NCBI GenBank assembly: GCA_025354795.1 | Contig: JANXMF010000216.1 | Location: 1,138 to 65,137, forward strand | Source of the DNA: Pseudobdellovibrionaceae bacterium | GTDB lineage: Bacteria; Bdellovibrionota; Bdellovibrionia; Bdellovibrionales; UBA1609 | Reading direction: 5' to 3' | DNA length: 64,000 nt | Part shown: positions 1 to 10,312 of the stretch, piece after piece | Position numbering within the stretch: position 1 is the first letter of the stretch | Layout: each line of letters begins with the position of its first letter | Position numbers and translations under genes: made by a program | The notes under the pieces: model-generated | What the model was told of the DNA's origin: nothing | Database searches by the model: none | What the model saw: the letters and a program-made list of their open reading frames with translations, nothing else

Positions 1-647
1 ACATCGTGCGCGTGGCGATTCAAGCGCTGGCGTCAGTGATCGGCGGAACTCAGAGCTTGCACACCAATTCGATGGATGAGGCGCTAGGTTTACCCACTGA
101 AAAGGCCGCGACCATTGCCCTTCGCACCCAACAGATTATTGGCTATGAAACCGGCGTCGCCGATGTCGTTGACCCAATTGGCGGCTCACACTATGTGGAA
201 GCCTTGACGGACGAAATTGAAAAGCGGGCGCTGGAGTACATCGAACGTATCGAAGGACTCGGCGGCGTGATTGCGTGCGTGGAGAGTGGCTGGATTCAAA
301 ATGAAATTCAAAATGCGTCCTACCAGAATCAAAAAGACCTAGAGAGCAAGCGCGAGATCGTGGTGGGTATGAATGAGTTTGTGCAGGACGAGGCCTATCC
401 CACCGATGTTTTGCGCGTTTCTGACAAGGTTTCGCAGGATCAACTCAAGCGCCTAGCGGCGTTTAAGGCGCGGCGCGATCCGAAGGTGACGGCCGCGCAG
501 CTCTTGAAAATTAAGACGGCGGCTCAGGGTACGCAGAATTTAATGCCGGTGTTGATTGAAGCGGTGGAAAATCATGTCACTCTGGGCGAGATTGCCGGCG
601 AGCTGCGACTGGTGTTTGGGTTATTCAAAGAGTCGATTACGCTTTAA
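1..647 (+). CDS. Methylmalonyl-CoA mutase family protein, catalytic barrel domain, 5'-truncated at window edge
   Basis: The ORF is open to the window start. The segments QALASVIGGTQSLHTNSMDEALGLPTEKAATIALRTQQII and DPIGGSHYVEALTDEIEKRALEYIERIE match the conserved C-terminal part of the MCM/ICM (beta/alpha)8 domain. It ends without a B12-binding domain, so it is a split-subunit type. Confidence 0.8.
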   Translation, partial: IVRVAIQALASVIGGTQSLHTNSMDEALGLPTEKAATIALRTQQIIGYETGVADVVDPIGGSHYVEALTDEIEKRALEYIERIEGLGGVIACVESGWIQNEIQNASYQNQKDLESKREIVVGMNEFVQDEAYPTDVLRVSDKVSQDQLKRLAAFKARRDPKVTAAQLLKIKTAAQGTQNLMPVLIEAVENHVTLGEIAGELRLVFGLFKESITL

Positions 648-664
648 CTCACCAAATTCAATGA

Positions 665-1393
665 TCAGGCCCCCATCGGGCGAATAAAAAAATGAATAAT
701 CCACACCGAAGATTCATAGAGCAGGCAAAGCGGCACCAACATCATGATCATGCTCAAGCCATCGGGCGGAGTTAAAATCGCCGCCACTACCGCGAGAATC
801 ACCATGGCATAACGGCGTTTGGCCTTAAGAAAAGCAGAGTCAATCACACCCAGCAATGCCAAAACCATCAGCACCACCGGCAACTCAAAGGCGGCCCCAA
901 AAAGCAACGTCGTCATGGTGAAGAAACTCAAATAGGCATCAATGGTAATCATCGGCTTGTCAACGTCGCCGCCGATGGTGAAAAGATATTCGAACGCCGC
1001 GGGATACACTAGGAAGTAAACAAAACTCACTCCACACATAAAAAGCAAAGTTCCAAAAATAATAAAACCGGCGGCGTAGCGCTGCTCATGTTTATAAAGA
1101 CCCGGCGAAATGAATTTCCACACATGGTAGAGCCAATATGGGCAGGTGAGAATAACCCCGCCGAGCACGCCGACCTTTAAGTGCGCCATAAATTTGTCCA
1201 TCACGCCGGTGAAAACCAGGCCGCCGTTGGGACCTAAGTATTTCAAAACCGGACGGCGAATTATCGAAAGAATCTCTTCCGAAAAATAAACACTGAGTCC
1301 AACGCCGAGAATGATTCCTTGAAAAGCCTTTATCAAGCGATAGCGAAGCTCGGTCAGATGCTCCACCAACGACATTTGTTCGTGCCCGCTCAT
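665..1393 (-). CDS. tatC: Twin-arginine translocase subunit TatC
   Basis: 242-aa polytopic membrane protein. The N-terminal SLVEHLTELRYRLIK motif and six hydrophobic segments are typical of TatC. Its start forms an ATGA overlap with the upstream Tat gene. Confidence 0.9.
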   Translation of the reverse strand: MSGHEQMSLVEHLTELRYRLIKAFQGIILGVGLSVYFSEEILSIIRRPVLKYLGPNGGLVFTGVMDKFMAHLKVGVLGGVILTCPYWLYHVWKFISPGLYKHEQRYAAGFIIFGTLLFMCGVSFVYFLVYPAAFEYLFTIGGDVDKPMITIDAYLSFFTMTTLLFGAAFELPVVLMVLALLGVIDSAFLKAKRRYAMVILAVVAAILTPPDGLSMIMMLVPLCLLYESSVWIIHFFIRPMGA

Positions 1394-1641
1394 GTTTTCG
1401 GATCCTCGGGCTTATCCACTGGGGGCGGAATTTCTTCAGGCGGCGGGGGCGGCTCCAGTTTGCGTTCAAGATCGATCTTCAAATGATTGGTCAACGAGCT
1501 TTGAATGTCCGAGGTCGCCCGCTTCCACTCATTCAAGAGCCGGGCGACCGTGCGCGCGACTTCGGGCAGTTGCTCAGGACCGATAAAGACCAAAACGATA
1601 ACCGCGAGCAAAATAAGATGGGTGAAGCTGAGTCCAAACAT
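1390..1641 (-). CDS. tatB: Twin-arginine translocase TatA/TatB family protein (TatB-like)
   Basis: 83 aa. MFGLSFTHLILLAVIVLVFIGPEQLPEVARTVARLL is a single N-terminal TM helix followed by the GPxxLP hinge and an amphipathic helix. It is translationally coupled to tatC. Confidence 0.75.
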   Translation of the reverse strand: MFGLSFTHLILLAVIVLVFIGPEQLPEVARTVARLLNEWKRATSDIQSSLTNHLKIDLERKLEPPPPPEEIPPPVDKPEDPKT

Positions 1642-1688
1642 GAGTCAACGGTAACAGGTTCCATTTTAAAACTCAAAGGGGATCGAAG

Positions 1689-2309
1689 CTACATCTTATG
1701 GACTTTTAGTTTGGCGAGATCGTGGCTGAGCAGTCCCTTTTCGAGCAACTGCTCTTCGGCTAATCGCGAGCCGGTGGACATGTAGCGCTCATAAAGTTTG
1801 AGTAAGTCTTCATTGGACTGAATCATCGACTCCTGGCTAATGTAAGTCAAAACATCGACGAAGGCTGGAAAACGCTGTGAATATTCGCTATAAACTTGGG
1901 CGAGATTCTCGTCACTCGCCGAGCTCGAAAGCGCGCCATAGGCCACGCCTCCCATATCGACGTAGTAATCAATGTCGACGATCTTGCGGCTGAGTGAGTC
2001 GCCAAAAAAACCGCTTATATAAAGACTGCTGTCGCCGAGACGCTTGAGCAGTTCCACCCGAATAGCGGTGGGGGCATTCTGTGCACGCAAATACATTTCC
2101 GCCAAAGTGTCGTGGCGCGAGCGGCCGGCTTCATCTTCGCTGGTGAAAAGATTGCTCGAAAACATAAAGTGTTGGAGCAGATCGACGAGATAATTGCGTG
2201 ACAGGGGCAGCGGGCGGAATTTTAGCCGCTCAAAGGCCTGCTCCACTTGATCGATAAAGAAATCGCGGGGCGATTCCATCACTAATGTCGCTGCAAATTT
2301 ATGACTCAT
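1689..2309 (-). CDS. Hypothetical protein (predicted all-helical, cytoplasmic)
   Basis: 206-aa ORF in the same orientation as its neighbours. I recognised no family. Confidence 0.55.
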   Translation of the reverse strand: MSHKFAATLVMESPRDFFIDQVEQAFERLKFRPLPLSRNYLVDLLQHFMFSSNLFTSEDEAGRSRHDTLAEMYLRAQNAPTAIRVELLKRLGDSSLYISGFFGDSLSRKIVDIDYYVDMGGVAYGALSSSASDENLAQVYSEYSQRFPAFVDVLTYISQESMIQSNEDLLKLYERYMSTGSRLAEEQLLEKGLLSHDLAKLKVHKM

Positions 2310-2520
2310 ATTGAGTCGCTCCTCCTTTAATAGGCTGTCTTAAAGGTTCGGCTGGCCCTAGGCATTATCTTAGCGCAATTTTGAGAAACTTAAGGGTTCC
2401 TCATCCGAAAGACCAGTCTTGCACGCGAATTACTAGCAAAACTGCAATGTTCCCCTGGGAGTGAATTATGTAGTGGATAACGAAGACTTATGGAGCCACT
2501 TGCCTGACCGACCACTGCCC

Positions 2521-5163
2521 TTAAACACTCATCGCGATCTGCGCATTCCCATCCGCCGCCGCATCTATCCACGGCGCCTGTGGTCCCACCAAAGAAGTCA
2601 CCGCCGCCTGCGAAAAAATCTGCTGCGCCAGTTTCATGATCTCGTCTGAAGTCACGGCGCGGATGCGTTCGGCGAAATGATATGTTTCGAGGTAATCAAT
2701 ACCGTAAATATGATCAAACAAGATCGCCGAGCTGATGCTCGAGTTCTTCTGCAGCTCAATATCGTGCTTGCCGATGAGATAGCGTTGCGCGCGGCTGAGC
2801 TCCGCGGCCGCAACCGTCACATTTTTTAATTTGTCGAATTCCGTGTGCATCATTTCGATGGCCTTAGCGGATTTCTCCGGCGAACAACCGATGTAAGCGC
2901 CAAAGTATCCGCCCTCCAAGCCTTCCATGCGCATCGGCGAAACCGAATACGCTAGTGATGCTTTGTCACGCAACTCGAGAAACAAACGCCCGCCTTGCCC
3001 GGCGAGAATCGCTTGAGTTACCTGCAGGGTGTAGCGGTTGGGGTCTTTGAGTTGCAAGCCCGGGTAACCAACCAAAATATGGCTCTGTTGTTTCGCGCTC
3101 TGCTGAAAAATCGCCACAGCTTTTTTGGGAAAGGGAATCGGAAAAACCTGGCTCTTACCCTCGCCTGGGCGCAGATTGCCGAGCGCGTCCTCGACCATTT
3201 GCTTCAAAACCTTGGGCTCAAACGCGCCCGCAGCCACCAGTGTCAAGCCCGATTTCTTTTGATAAATATCGCGTACGGACTGAGCGCTGAGATTGGCGAT
3301 CGTGGCTTCGTCGCCATAGGGGTCGTGCCCGTAGGGATGATCACCGAACATCGCTTTCATAAAGGCCAAGATGCAAAGCTGCGCGGGGTTGTCTTTGCGC
3401 AATTTGATGTGTTCCTGCATCGACTTGATTTCGCGCTGCACGGCTGTGTCTGCAAAATGCGGCTCGGTCAATGTGTGAAAAAACATGGCCATCATATCGG
3501 TCGCGAAAGGCTTAAGACAAGACATCGAAAGACCTTCGGAGTTTCTGCCGCCAAAGGCAGAGAGACTAGCGGCCATCGCGTCGATGCGCGCATTCATTTC
3601 CATTTCGCTGAGCGGACCCGCTCCCGAGGTCCACACTCGCGAGAGCAGCTCAGTGGTACCTTGATTGGTCTTGGTCTCTAATCGCGAACCGCCGAGGCTT
3701 GCGCAACGCAAGCTCACCGAAGGCGTGTCAAAACTAGGACGCGTGATCAGGGTGATACCGTTGGCCAATGCGAATTTTTCGACCCCGTCATGTAAACCAG
3801 CGGGTTTTTTAAAACTCCAGGAAACTCGGGGACCGCGCGTCGGCCGGGTGGTTTTTGCATCGGACACTTTAATCCCCGCAAGCGCGCGAAAATCGATCAT
3901 CCACTTTTTGGCGAGAGGCGTGATCGTTTTTTCTTTGGCGGGCGTCATAATCACTAACGACGCCACTTTGGGATTCAAATACTTTCGTGCTACCGCGCGC
4001 ACATCCTGCACGGTCAGGCTCTGCACCTGCTTCATAAAACGCTCAAAATATTTTGGCTCACCAAAGAGATCCTGGTAATGACCATATTTTCGCGCCAGCC
4101 CATCAACGGTCTCAAGACTGTAATACTGTTCGCTGGCGATATTGGTCAGGGCCTTTTGCAATTCTTCCCCACCCACGGGTTCAGTTAAAATTTTCTGGAT
4201 CTCATCGAGCATCGCGCTCATCGTCGCGGCGAAATCCTTGGCATTTAGGGAAAGTGACAACGCCATAAAACCGGGATCACGCGCCACAAACACACTGCTG
4301 CCGGCAAAGTTCACCAGGTGCGAATTCATGCGCAAGCGTTGATTCAAACGCGAACTTTCGCCTTGACCAAAGACCAGCGCGAAAACTTCTAGTGCTGCAA
4401 TGTCTTTGTGCGCCGCCCTTGGCACCGGGAACGCAAGGTGCACGATAGTCTCTTCGAACGGCGCGGTCTTGACAATAACCGCCGACTTTTTTCCCGCGAC
4501 CTCAGATGCCCGCTTCACCGCTCGTAACTTATTTTGTTTATAGCCGGCGAAGTACGTCTCGATTTTTTTCTTCATGTCGCCGGATTTGAAATCACCGGCC
4601 ACAATCAACGTCATGGTCTTAGGATTATAGCGCGAGTGAAAGTAATTCAGGATGGTCTTGCGCGACACCGTCTTAATGTTTTTATCGTAGCCGATGACAG
4701 GAATTCCATAAGGATGTTTTTTATACATGGTCTCGAACAACAGCCGGCTTGCTTGGCGGTGCGGACTGTCGTTTGAGCGCTTAATCTCCTCGATAACGAC
4801 TTCGCGCTCGTTGTTGATCTCGCCCTCATCGAATTCTGGGAAGCCCATCATTTCGGAGATTACGTCCAAGCCTACGTTTTGGAATTCTTTGGAGATGGTG
4901 ACGTAAAAAACAGTCTGGTCAAACGAAGTGTAGGCGTTGAGCTCACCACCCGCGGCTTCGACCGCCGAAGCGATCTGGCCAACCTTGAATTTGCGGGTGC
5001 CCTTAAACACCAGATGCTCGATGAAGTGACTGATGCCTTCCTCGCCCTTTTTCTCGTCCGCGCTTCCAGTCTTCACCCACATTTGAATGGAGAGCACCGG
5101 ACTCTTATGGCTTTCCACTAGAAGGACGCTGAGGCCGTTTTTCAGTTGATATTTCTTAAACAT
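2521..5163 (-). CDS. Peptidase M16 (pitrilysin/insulinase) family zinc protease, two fused M16 modules
   Basis: 880 aa. The inverted zinc motif HFIEHLVFKGT (HxxEH) lies near the N-terminus. A second M16-like half begins around residue 450. Confidence 0.9.
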   Translation of the reverse strand: MFKKYQLKNGLSVLLVESHKSPVLSIQMWVKTGSADEKKGEEGISHFIEHLVFKGTRKFKVGQIASAVEAAGGELNAYTSFDQTVFYVTISKEFQNVGLDVISEMMGFPEFDEGEINNEREVVIEEIKRSNDSPHRQASRLLFETMYKKHPYGIPVIGYDKNIKTVSRKTILNYFHSRYNPKTMTLIVAGDFKSGDMKKKIETYFAGYKQNKLRAVKRASEVAGKKSAVIVKTAPFEETIVHLAFPVPRAAHKDIAALEVFALVFGQGESSRLNQRLRMNSHLVNFAGSSVFVARDPGFMALSLSLNAKDFAATMSAMLDEIQKILTEPVGGEELQKALTNIASEQYYSLETVDGLARKYGHYQDLFGEPKYFERFMKQVQSLTVQDVRAVARKYLNPKVASLVIMTPAKEKTITPLAKKWMIDFRALAGIKVSDAKTTRPTRGPRVSWSFKKPAGLHDGVEKFALANGITLITRPSFDTPSVSLRCASLGGSRLETKTNQGTTELLSRVWTSGAGPLSEMEMNARIDAMAASLSAFGGRNSEGLSMSCLKPFATDMMAMFFHTLTEPHFADTAVQREIKSMQEHIKLRKDNPAQLCILAFMKAMFGDHPYGHDPYGDEATIANLSAQSVRDIYQKKSGLTLVAAGAFEPKVLKQMVEDALGNLRPGEGKSQVFPIPFPKKAVAIFQQSAKQQSHILVGYPGLQLKDPNRYTLQVTQAILAGQGGRLFLELRDKASLAYSVSPMRMEGLEGGYFGAYIGCSPEKSAKAIEMMHTEFDKLKNVTVAAAELSRAQRYLIGKHDIELQKNSSISSAILFDHIYGIDYLETYHFAERIRAVTSDEIMKLAQQIFSQAAVTSLVGPQAPWIDAAADGNAQIAMSV

Positions 5164-5179
5164 AATCTAAATACCTTCT

Positions 5180-6325
5180 ATGAGACTTTCGGTTTATGTA
5201 CATATCCCCTATTGCCTGCAGCGCTGCCGCTACTGCGACTTCACCACCTTTGAGCAATCTGAGATCATGCCGCCACAAAAATATGTCGACATGGTTTGCG
5301 CCGAGATCCGCAGTCGCCAATCGTTTTGGCCTGAGCGTGAGCTCGCGACACTTTACTTTGGCGGAGGCACGCCCAGCCTGCTTTCGTCAGACCTGATTGT
5401 AGCCATTTGCCAGGAACTTGCAAACGTGGGTTTTCAGCGCGACGAGACCTGTGAAACCACTATCGAAATCAATCCGGCCACGCTCACGGAAGAAAAGCTG
5501 ACGGGTTACCTGCGTGCCGGCTTCAATCGCTTCAGCGTTGGCGCTCAGACCTTTAACGACGCTCTGCTCAAGATGTGCGGGCGCAAACACAATGCTTCTG
5601 ACACGCGCGATACTCTGCGCCTGCTCAAGAGATACCAGCTCAACTACTCTTTTGATCTACTTTTCGCGCTGCCGGGGCAAACTTTGCAAGATCTAAAACT
5701 AGACCTTGAAGATGTGGCGGAGTTCGCGCCCAACCATTTAAGCGCCTATTGTCTCACGGTGCCAGAATCCCATCCGATGAGTCTTGGCCGACCTCCCGAA
5801 GATGAACAAGTCACAATGTTTGACTGCATCGAGGACTCGCTCGCGCGGAACGGGCTGCTAAAGTACGAGATTTCCAACTTTGCGCGGCCGGGATTTGAAT
5901 CTCGCCACAATCTGGCTTATTGGCGCGACATCAGCTACTGGGGGATCGGCCTGAGCAGTCACTCTTACGCACGCGACTTTGGCAACTATGGCATGCGCTT
6001 TTGGAATCCGAAGGCACTGCCTGAGTACGGCGGACAAATACTTCAACCGGATTTGCCGCCTGCACAGCGAGAAGCACTTGCGGAACATGAGTCTCTGACC
6101 GATTTTTGCCACATGTCTTTACGAATTAAACTGGGCCTGTTTGAAGGGGCCTTGCGCGCTAAATTTCCGCGCTCAATCGCGACTGTTCTCCCGCGCCTGG
6201 AAAAGTTGGTCGAGCAAGGCCTTATCGCCGCAATTCCGACGGGATGGACGCTAACTCAGCGCGGCGAACTACTCAGCAATTTGGTTTTTGGCGAACTGAC
6301 TTTTCTAGCGGACGCGTTGGGTTGA
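5180..6325 (+). CDS. hemW: Radical SAM haem chaperone HemW (HemN-like, oxygen-independent coproporphyrinogen oxidase family)
   Basis: CLQRCRYCDF (CxxxCxxC) lies at the N-terminus, followed by the GGGTPS motif and a HemN C-terminal-like domain. 381 aa. Confidence 0.85.
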   Translation: MRLSVYVHIPYCLQRCRYCDFTTFEQSEIMPPQKYVDMVCAEIRSRQSFWPERELATLYFGGGTPSLLSSDLIVAICQELANVGFQRDETCETTIEINPATLTEEKLTGYLRAGFNRFSVGAQTFNDALLKMCGRKHNASDTRDTLRLLKRYQLNYSFDLLFALPGQTLQDLKLDLEDVAEFAPNHLSAYCLTVPESHPMSLGRPPEDEQVTMFDCIEDSLARNGLLKYEISNFARPGFESRHNLAYWRDISYWGIGLSSHSYARDFGNYGMRFWNPKALPEYGGQILQPDLPPAQREALAEHESLTDFCHMSLRIKLGLFEGALRAKFPRSIATVLPRLEKLVEQGLIAAIPTGWTLTQRGELLSNLVFGELTFLADALG

Positions 6326-6358
6326 CAGAGTCTTCTTAGGCCACATACTGTTCACATC

Positions 6359-6865
6359 ATGAGCGACGATAATAATATAGAAAAGGCCGAAACGCCCGAA
6401 GAGCCCAAAGCAACCGAAAACCTGGGCGAAGAGTTGGCGAAGGCAAAAAAAGATTACCTCTATTTGCTCGCGGAATTTGATAACTACCGCCGCAATGCCG
6501 TGAAGGAACGCTCCGATTTGCTTAAATTTGGCAGCGAGCGCTTTGTGCGCGAGTTCCTCAACGTCTACGACAATTTCGAGCGTGCGCTAGAAACCGAGGT
6601 CACCGAGGAGAATTTCACATCCTTCCGTGATGGAATCGGCTTGATCCAGGCCGAGATGAAAAGCCTGCTACTACGCTTTGCGGTCGAAGAAGTGGACTCC
6701 ATTGGTAAGCCTTTTGATCCATCCAAGCACGAAGCTTTGGGCAGTGAACCAAATGCTGAGCTTCCGGCGGGTCACATCGCCCGGGTGTTTAAAAAGGCGT
6801 ATAAAATGCACGACAAGTTGATCCGCCCGGCGCAAGTGACGGTGACCGCGCCCGCCAAAAACTAG
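6359..6865 (+). CDS. grpE: Nucleotide exchange factor GrpE
   Basis: 168 aa. The segments YLLAEFDNYRRNAVKE and GKPFDPSKHEA are GrpE signatures. Confidence 0.9.
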   Translation: MSDDNNIEKAETPEEPKATENLGEELAKAKKDYLYLLAEFDNYRRNAVKERSDLLKFGSERFVREFLNVYDNFERALETEVTEENFTSFRDGIGLIQAEMKSLLLRFAVEEVDSIGKPFDPSKHEALGSEPNAELPAGHIARVFKKAYKMHDKLIRPAQVTVTAPAKN

Positions 6866-6874
6866 GAGTCGCGC

Positions 6875-7882
6875 GTGGCTAAAAAGGACTTCTATAGCGT
6901 GCTCGGCGTCTCGCGCCAAGCCAGTGGCGACGATCTCAAAAAAGCTTTCCGTAAGCTCGCCATGAAATACCACCCGGACAAAAATCCCGGCGATAAAGCT
7001 GCAGAAGATCGCTTCAAAGAAGTCAATGAAGCCTACGACACGCTCTCGGACGCGAAAAAGCGGCAGATCTATGATCAATTTGGCTTTGCAGGACCGCAAG
7101 CCTCAGGCCCGGGCGGGCCCTTTCGCGGTGGCGGTTTTGGCGGAGGATTTCCCGGTGGCGGCGCGGGCGGATTTGACCCACGCAGCGGCGCCGGACCCGA
7201 AGCTTTTCAAGATATTTTTAGCGACCTCTTTGGCGAAATGTTCACGGGTGAACCCGGGTCCGGCGCGGGAAAGCGGGGCTTTCGCCAGGAACGCGGCGCC
7301 GATTTGCGTTACACCCTCAACGTTACCTTGGAAGAAGCCGCTACGGGTTGTGAAAAGCGTATCAGTTTTGTGCGCCACCGCGGCGGCAAGGAAGACACCG
7401 CCAAACTCTCAATCACCGTGCCCGCCGGAGTCAAAGCCGGTCAGCGCCTCAAGCTGCGCGGCGAGGGCGACAGCCCGACGGCGCAGGCCAAGCCCGGCGA
7501 TCTTTATGTCATTGTCAATTTTCATGAACATATTTTGTTTAAGCGCAAGGAAAACGACGTGCTGATGGAGCTGCCGATCTCGTTTGCCGAAGCCCTTCTG
7601 GGGGTGAGCGCTGAGGTTCCGACTTTGACCGGAAAGGCCTCGCTCAATGTTCCTCCGGGAACCCACCCCGGGCAAATTTTTCGCCTCAAAGGCAAAGGGT
7701 TCCCGAATATGGGCGGCTATGCTCCCGGTGATATGTTGGTGAAGGTGGTGATTGATGTTCCCAGCGCATTGTCGGAAGAGGAACGCCAGACAGTGGAGAA
7801 GTTGCGCAAAGTGGCCGGCACCTCCACGCTAGTGGTCGAATACAAAGAAAAAATGAAGCGCCTATTGCAGACGAGGTCCTAA
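6875..7882 (+). CDS. J-domain co-chaperone, DnaJ class B / CbpA-like (no zinc-finger domain)
   Basis: GTG start. [11 protein letters not shown]...[10 protein letters not shown] is a J domain with the HPD motif. A G/F-rich linker and C-terminal substrate-binding domains follow. The four CxxCxGxG repeats are absent. Confidence 0.85.
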   Translation: MAKKDFYSVLGVSRQASGDDLKKAFRKLAMKYHPDKNPGDKAAEDRFKEVNEAYDTLSDAKKRQIYDQFGFAGPQASGPGGPFRGGGFGGGFPGGGAGGFDPRSGAGPEAFQDIFSDLFGEMFTGEPGSGAGKRGFRQERGADLRYTLNVTLEEAATGCEKRISFVRHRGGKEDTAKLSITVPAGVKAGQRLKLRGEGDSPTAQAKPGDLYVIVNFHEHILFKRKENDVLMELPISFAEALLGVSAEVPTLTGKASLNVPPGTHPGQIFRLKGKGFPNMGGYAPGDMLVKVVIDVPSALSEEERQTVEKLRKVAGTSTLVVEYKEKMKRLLQTRS

Positions 7883-9880
7883 ATGAAAATGCAGCTGTGG
7901 TTCACTCTCCTAATTTTTCAACTGTTATTATCGTGCGTTTCGGCGCCTAAGAAAAACCCGCCCGTGGTGGCTTCCTACGATGCCAAAAAAGAATTGGCCC
8001 AGGTGCAAATTGAAATCGCCGCCGGCAGTGACAAGCGCGCGGTGCAAAAATTGCGCAACATTATCGCGAAACATCCGCGTAGTGACGTCGCCGACGATGC
8101 TACCATTCAGCTCGCGCGCTACTACTATCACAAGAGCATGTTTGAACCCGCTTATCAGGCGTATATCAGCTTGGTCAATTCGGATGTATTTAGTCCGAAC
8201 GAAAGCGAAGCTTTACTCGGTGCCGCGCGCTGTCTGAGCAAACTCGGCCGCTTGGACGAAGCCTTGGCACTCAATGCGCGCGGCCTAAAGATCGTGGGCC
8301 TGTCGCCAAGCTTTCAGTTGGAATTCCATAAATTGCGCTATTCGATTCTCACCGCACTTGGGGATCGCGTCGATGCACTCAAGACTTTGGCCTTTATTTA
8401 TGATCACGAGCCCAACGCTGAAATCAAGGTCAACGCGCAAAACCGCGCCAGCGAGATCGTCAATCGCTATCTCAACCAAACCGACTTGGAAAAAATCACC
8501 GACAATTCCGATTTCGGCTTTGTACGTGCGACCGCCGCTTATCGTCTGGGGACGCTGCGCTTGCAAGGCAAAGACATCGATGGCGCGCGCACCATGTTCA
8601 CGCACGCCCGCGACTGGGGTCAAGGGACGCTGAATGCGCAACAAGCAGAGAACTATTTGGCTCAGATCGAATCGCGACGCAAAGTGGATCCTTACGCTAT
8701 CGGCGCGGTGTTACCGCTGACCGGAAAGCACGCGCCCGTCGCCCAAAAAACGCTCAAGGGTCTTGAATTGGGTTTAGGAATTTACGGCAAAGAGCGTTCG
8801 CAATTTAAATTGGCGTTAACCGACAGCGAAGGTACTCCCGAAGGCGCGCGCCACGCGGTTGAGCGCCTGCTCGCGGAGGACAGCGTAATCGCCGTGGTCG
8901 GAAGCCTTTTGAGCCGCACAGCTACCGCTGTCGCTAGCAAAACCGAAGAGCTCGGAGTGCCATCGATCGCGCTGTCGCAAAAGTCGGGTCTTACGGAAGG
9001 CGGCACTTATGTATTCCGCAATTCCGTCACCGGCGAAATGCAAGTGCGTGAGCTGGTGCGCCTGGCGATGGACCAGTTAGGCTACAAACGCTTCGCCATT
9101 CTCTATCCCAACGATTCGTACGGCGTCGAATACGCCAATTTGTTTTGGGACGAAGTCTTGACTCACGGTGGCACCATCAGTGGAGCGCAGATCTATAGCC
9201 CGGAGGAAACCGATTTTCGCGCCCCCATTCGCCGCCTAGTGGGAACTTACTATGTCGAGGATCGCAAAGCAGAGTATCAAAATCGCGTGCGCGAGTGGTT
9301 TACAAAGCAAAAGTCACTGAAAGGGCGCAATTCACCGCCTGATGATTTGCTGCCGCCGGTGGTTGATTTTGATGCGGTATTTATTCCCGACAGCCCGAAA
9401 GCGTTGGGCCAAATCGCACCGATGATGGCCTACCAGGGCGTAAATAGCGCGCGTTTACTAGGCACCAATATTTGGAACAGTGCTGAGCTGCTGCGTCGGG
9501 GCCAGAAAAATGTGGAGAATGCGCTTTTTTTCGACAGCAATCTCACCGCCGATCCGGCCTTTAAGTCCTCGCACTTTTATCAAGAATTTAAGAGGGTTTA
9601 TGGCGACGAACCCGGTCTATTCGAGGCGCAAGGTTATGAGGTCGGGGTGCTGCTGCGGCAACTGATTACCGGCGGACAAACCACGCGTATCGGTTTAGCT
9701 CAGGGCTTAGCCAGCCTACGGGAATACAAGGGTGTCTCGGGACCTATGTCAATGAATGCCCAGCACGAACTGGTGCGTCCGCTCACCCCGCTGGTGGTTA
9801 ATCAGGGCGCCATTGTGGCCTGGAATGCCGGCTTCGAAGGTGTGCCCGCTTCGAGCAAACAAAAGGGTAGCAAAAAATAA
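7883..9880 (+). CDS. Lipoprotein with N-terminal TPR-like domain and C-terminal type I periplasmic-binding fold (LpoA/LppC-like, possible penicillin-binding protein activator)
   Basis: Signal peptide with lipobox LLLSC. The helical repeat region spans roughly residues 60-260. It is followed by AIGAVLPLTGKHAPVAQKTLKGLELG...VIAVVGSLLSRTA, which is typical of the LivK/LppC-type fold. Confidence 0.55.
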   Translation: MKMQLWFTLLIFQLLLSCVSAPKKNPPVVASYDAKKELAQVQIEIAAGSDKRAVQKLRNIIAKHPRSDVADDATIQLARYYYHKSMFEPAYQAYISLVNSDVFSPNESEALLGAARCLSKLGRLDEALALNARGLKIVGLSPSFQLEFHKLRYSILTALGDRVDALKTLAFIYDHEPNAEIKVNAQNRASEIVNRYLNQTDLEKITDNSDFGFVRATAAYRLGTLRLQGKDIDGARTMFTHARDWGQGTLNAQQAENYLAQIESRRKVDPYAIGAVLPLTGKHAPVAQKTLKGLELGLGIYGKERSQFKLALTDSEGTPEGARHAVERLLAEDSVIAVVGSLLSRTATAVASKTEELGVPSIALSQKSGLTEGGTYVFRNSVTGEMQVRELVRLAMDQLGYKRFAILYPNDSYGVEYANLFWDEVLTHGGTISGAQIYSPEETDFRAPIRRLVGTYYVEDRKAEYQNRVREWFTKQKSLKGRNSPPDDLLPPVVDFDAVFIPDSPKALGQIAPMMAYQGVNSARLLGTNIWNSAELLRRGQKNVENALFFDSNLTADPAFKSSHFYQEFKRVYGDEPGLFEAQGYEVGVLLRQLITGGQTTRIGLAQGLASLREYKGVSGPMSMNAQHELVRPLTPLVVNQGAIVAWNAGFEGVPASSKQKGSKK

Positions 9881-9951
9881 CCGATTCTTAAGCAGCCTCT
9901 GTCCTACTTGGAACCGAGCGCCTGCTCGGGCCAACGAATCAGGAGGAGGCC

Positions 9952-10311
9952 ATGTTGACCAAGACGGTGATTTCCGCGTGTAAAGAGAAATTGTTGACCA
10001 TCAAATTCGAGTTGCTCAACCGGGTGCGCTCGGAATTCCAGAACCTGCGCGAACGTGAGGTGGGCGGCGATGAAGCCGACCAGGCCGTCTCCATGCTCGC
10101 GGAGAGCCGCAGTTTTTTTACGCAAATGCGTCTGCGCTCACAGCTGGTTGAGATTGAATCGGCTCTGGCCCGCATAGATGCCGGCACCTACGGCACCTGT
10201 GAAGAGACCGACGAGCTGATCGAGCCCGAGCGCCTGCTCGCGCTGCCATGGACACGCTTGAGCTTTGAAGGGGCTGAGATTCGCGAGACCGCGGCCGCGA
10301 GACGCGGCTAA
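9952..10311 (+). CDS. DksA/TraR family protein with degenerate zinc finger
   Basis: 119 aa. A coiled-coil region is followed by IDAGTYGTCEETDELIEPERLLALPWTRLSFEGAE. This aligns with the DksA C4 finger, but only one Cys is retained. Confidence 0.65.
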   Translation: MLTKTVISACKEKLLTIKFELLNRVRSEFQNLREREVGGDEADQAVSMLAESRSFFTQMRLRSQLVEIESALARIDAGTYGTCEETDELIEPERLLALPWTRLSFEGAEIRETAAARRG

Positions 10312-10312
10312 T

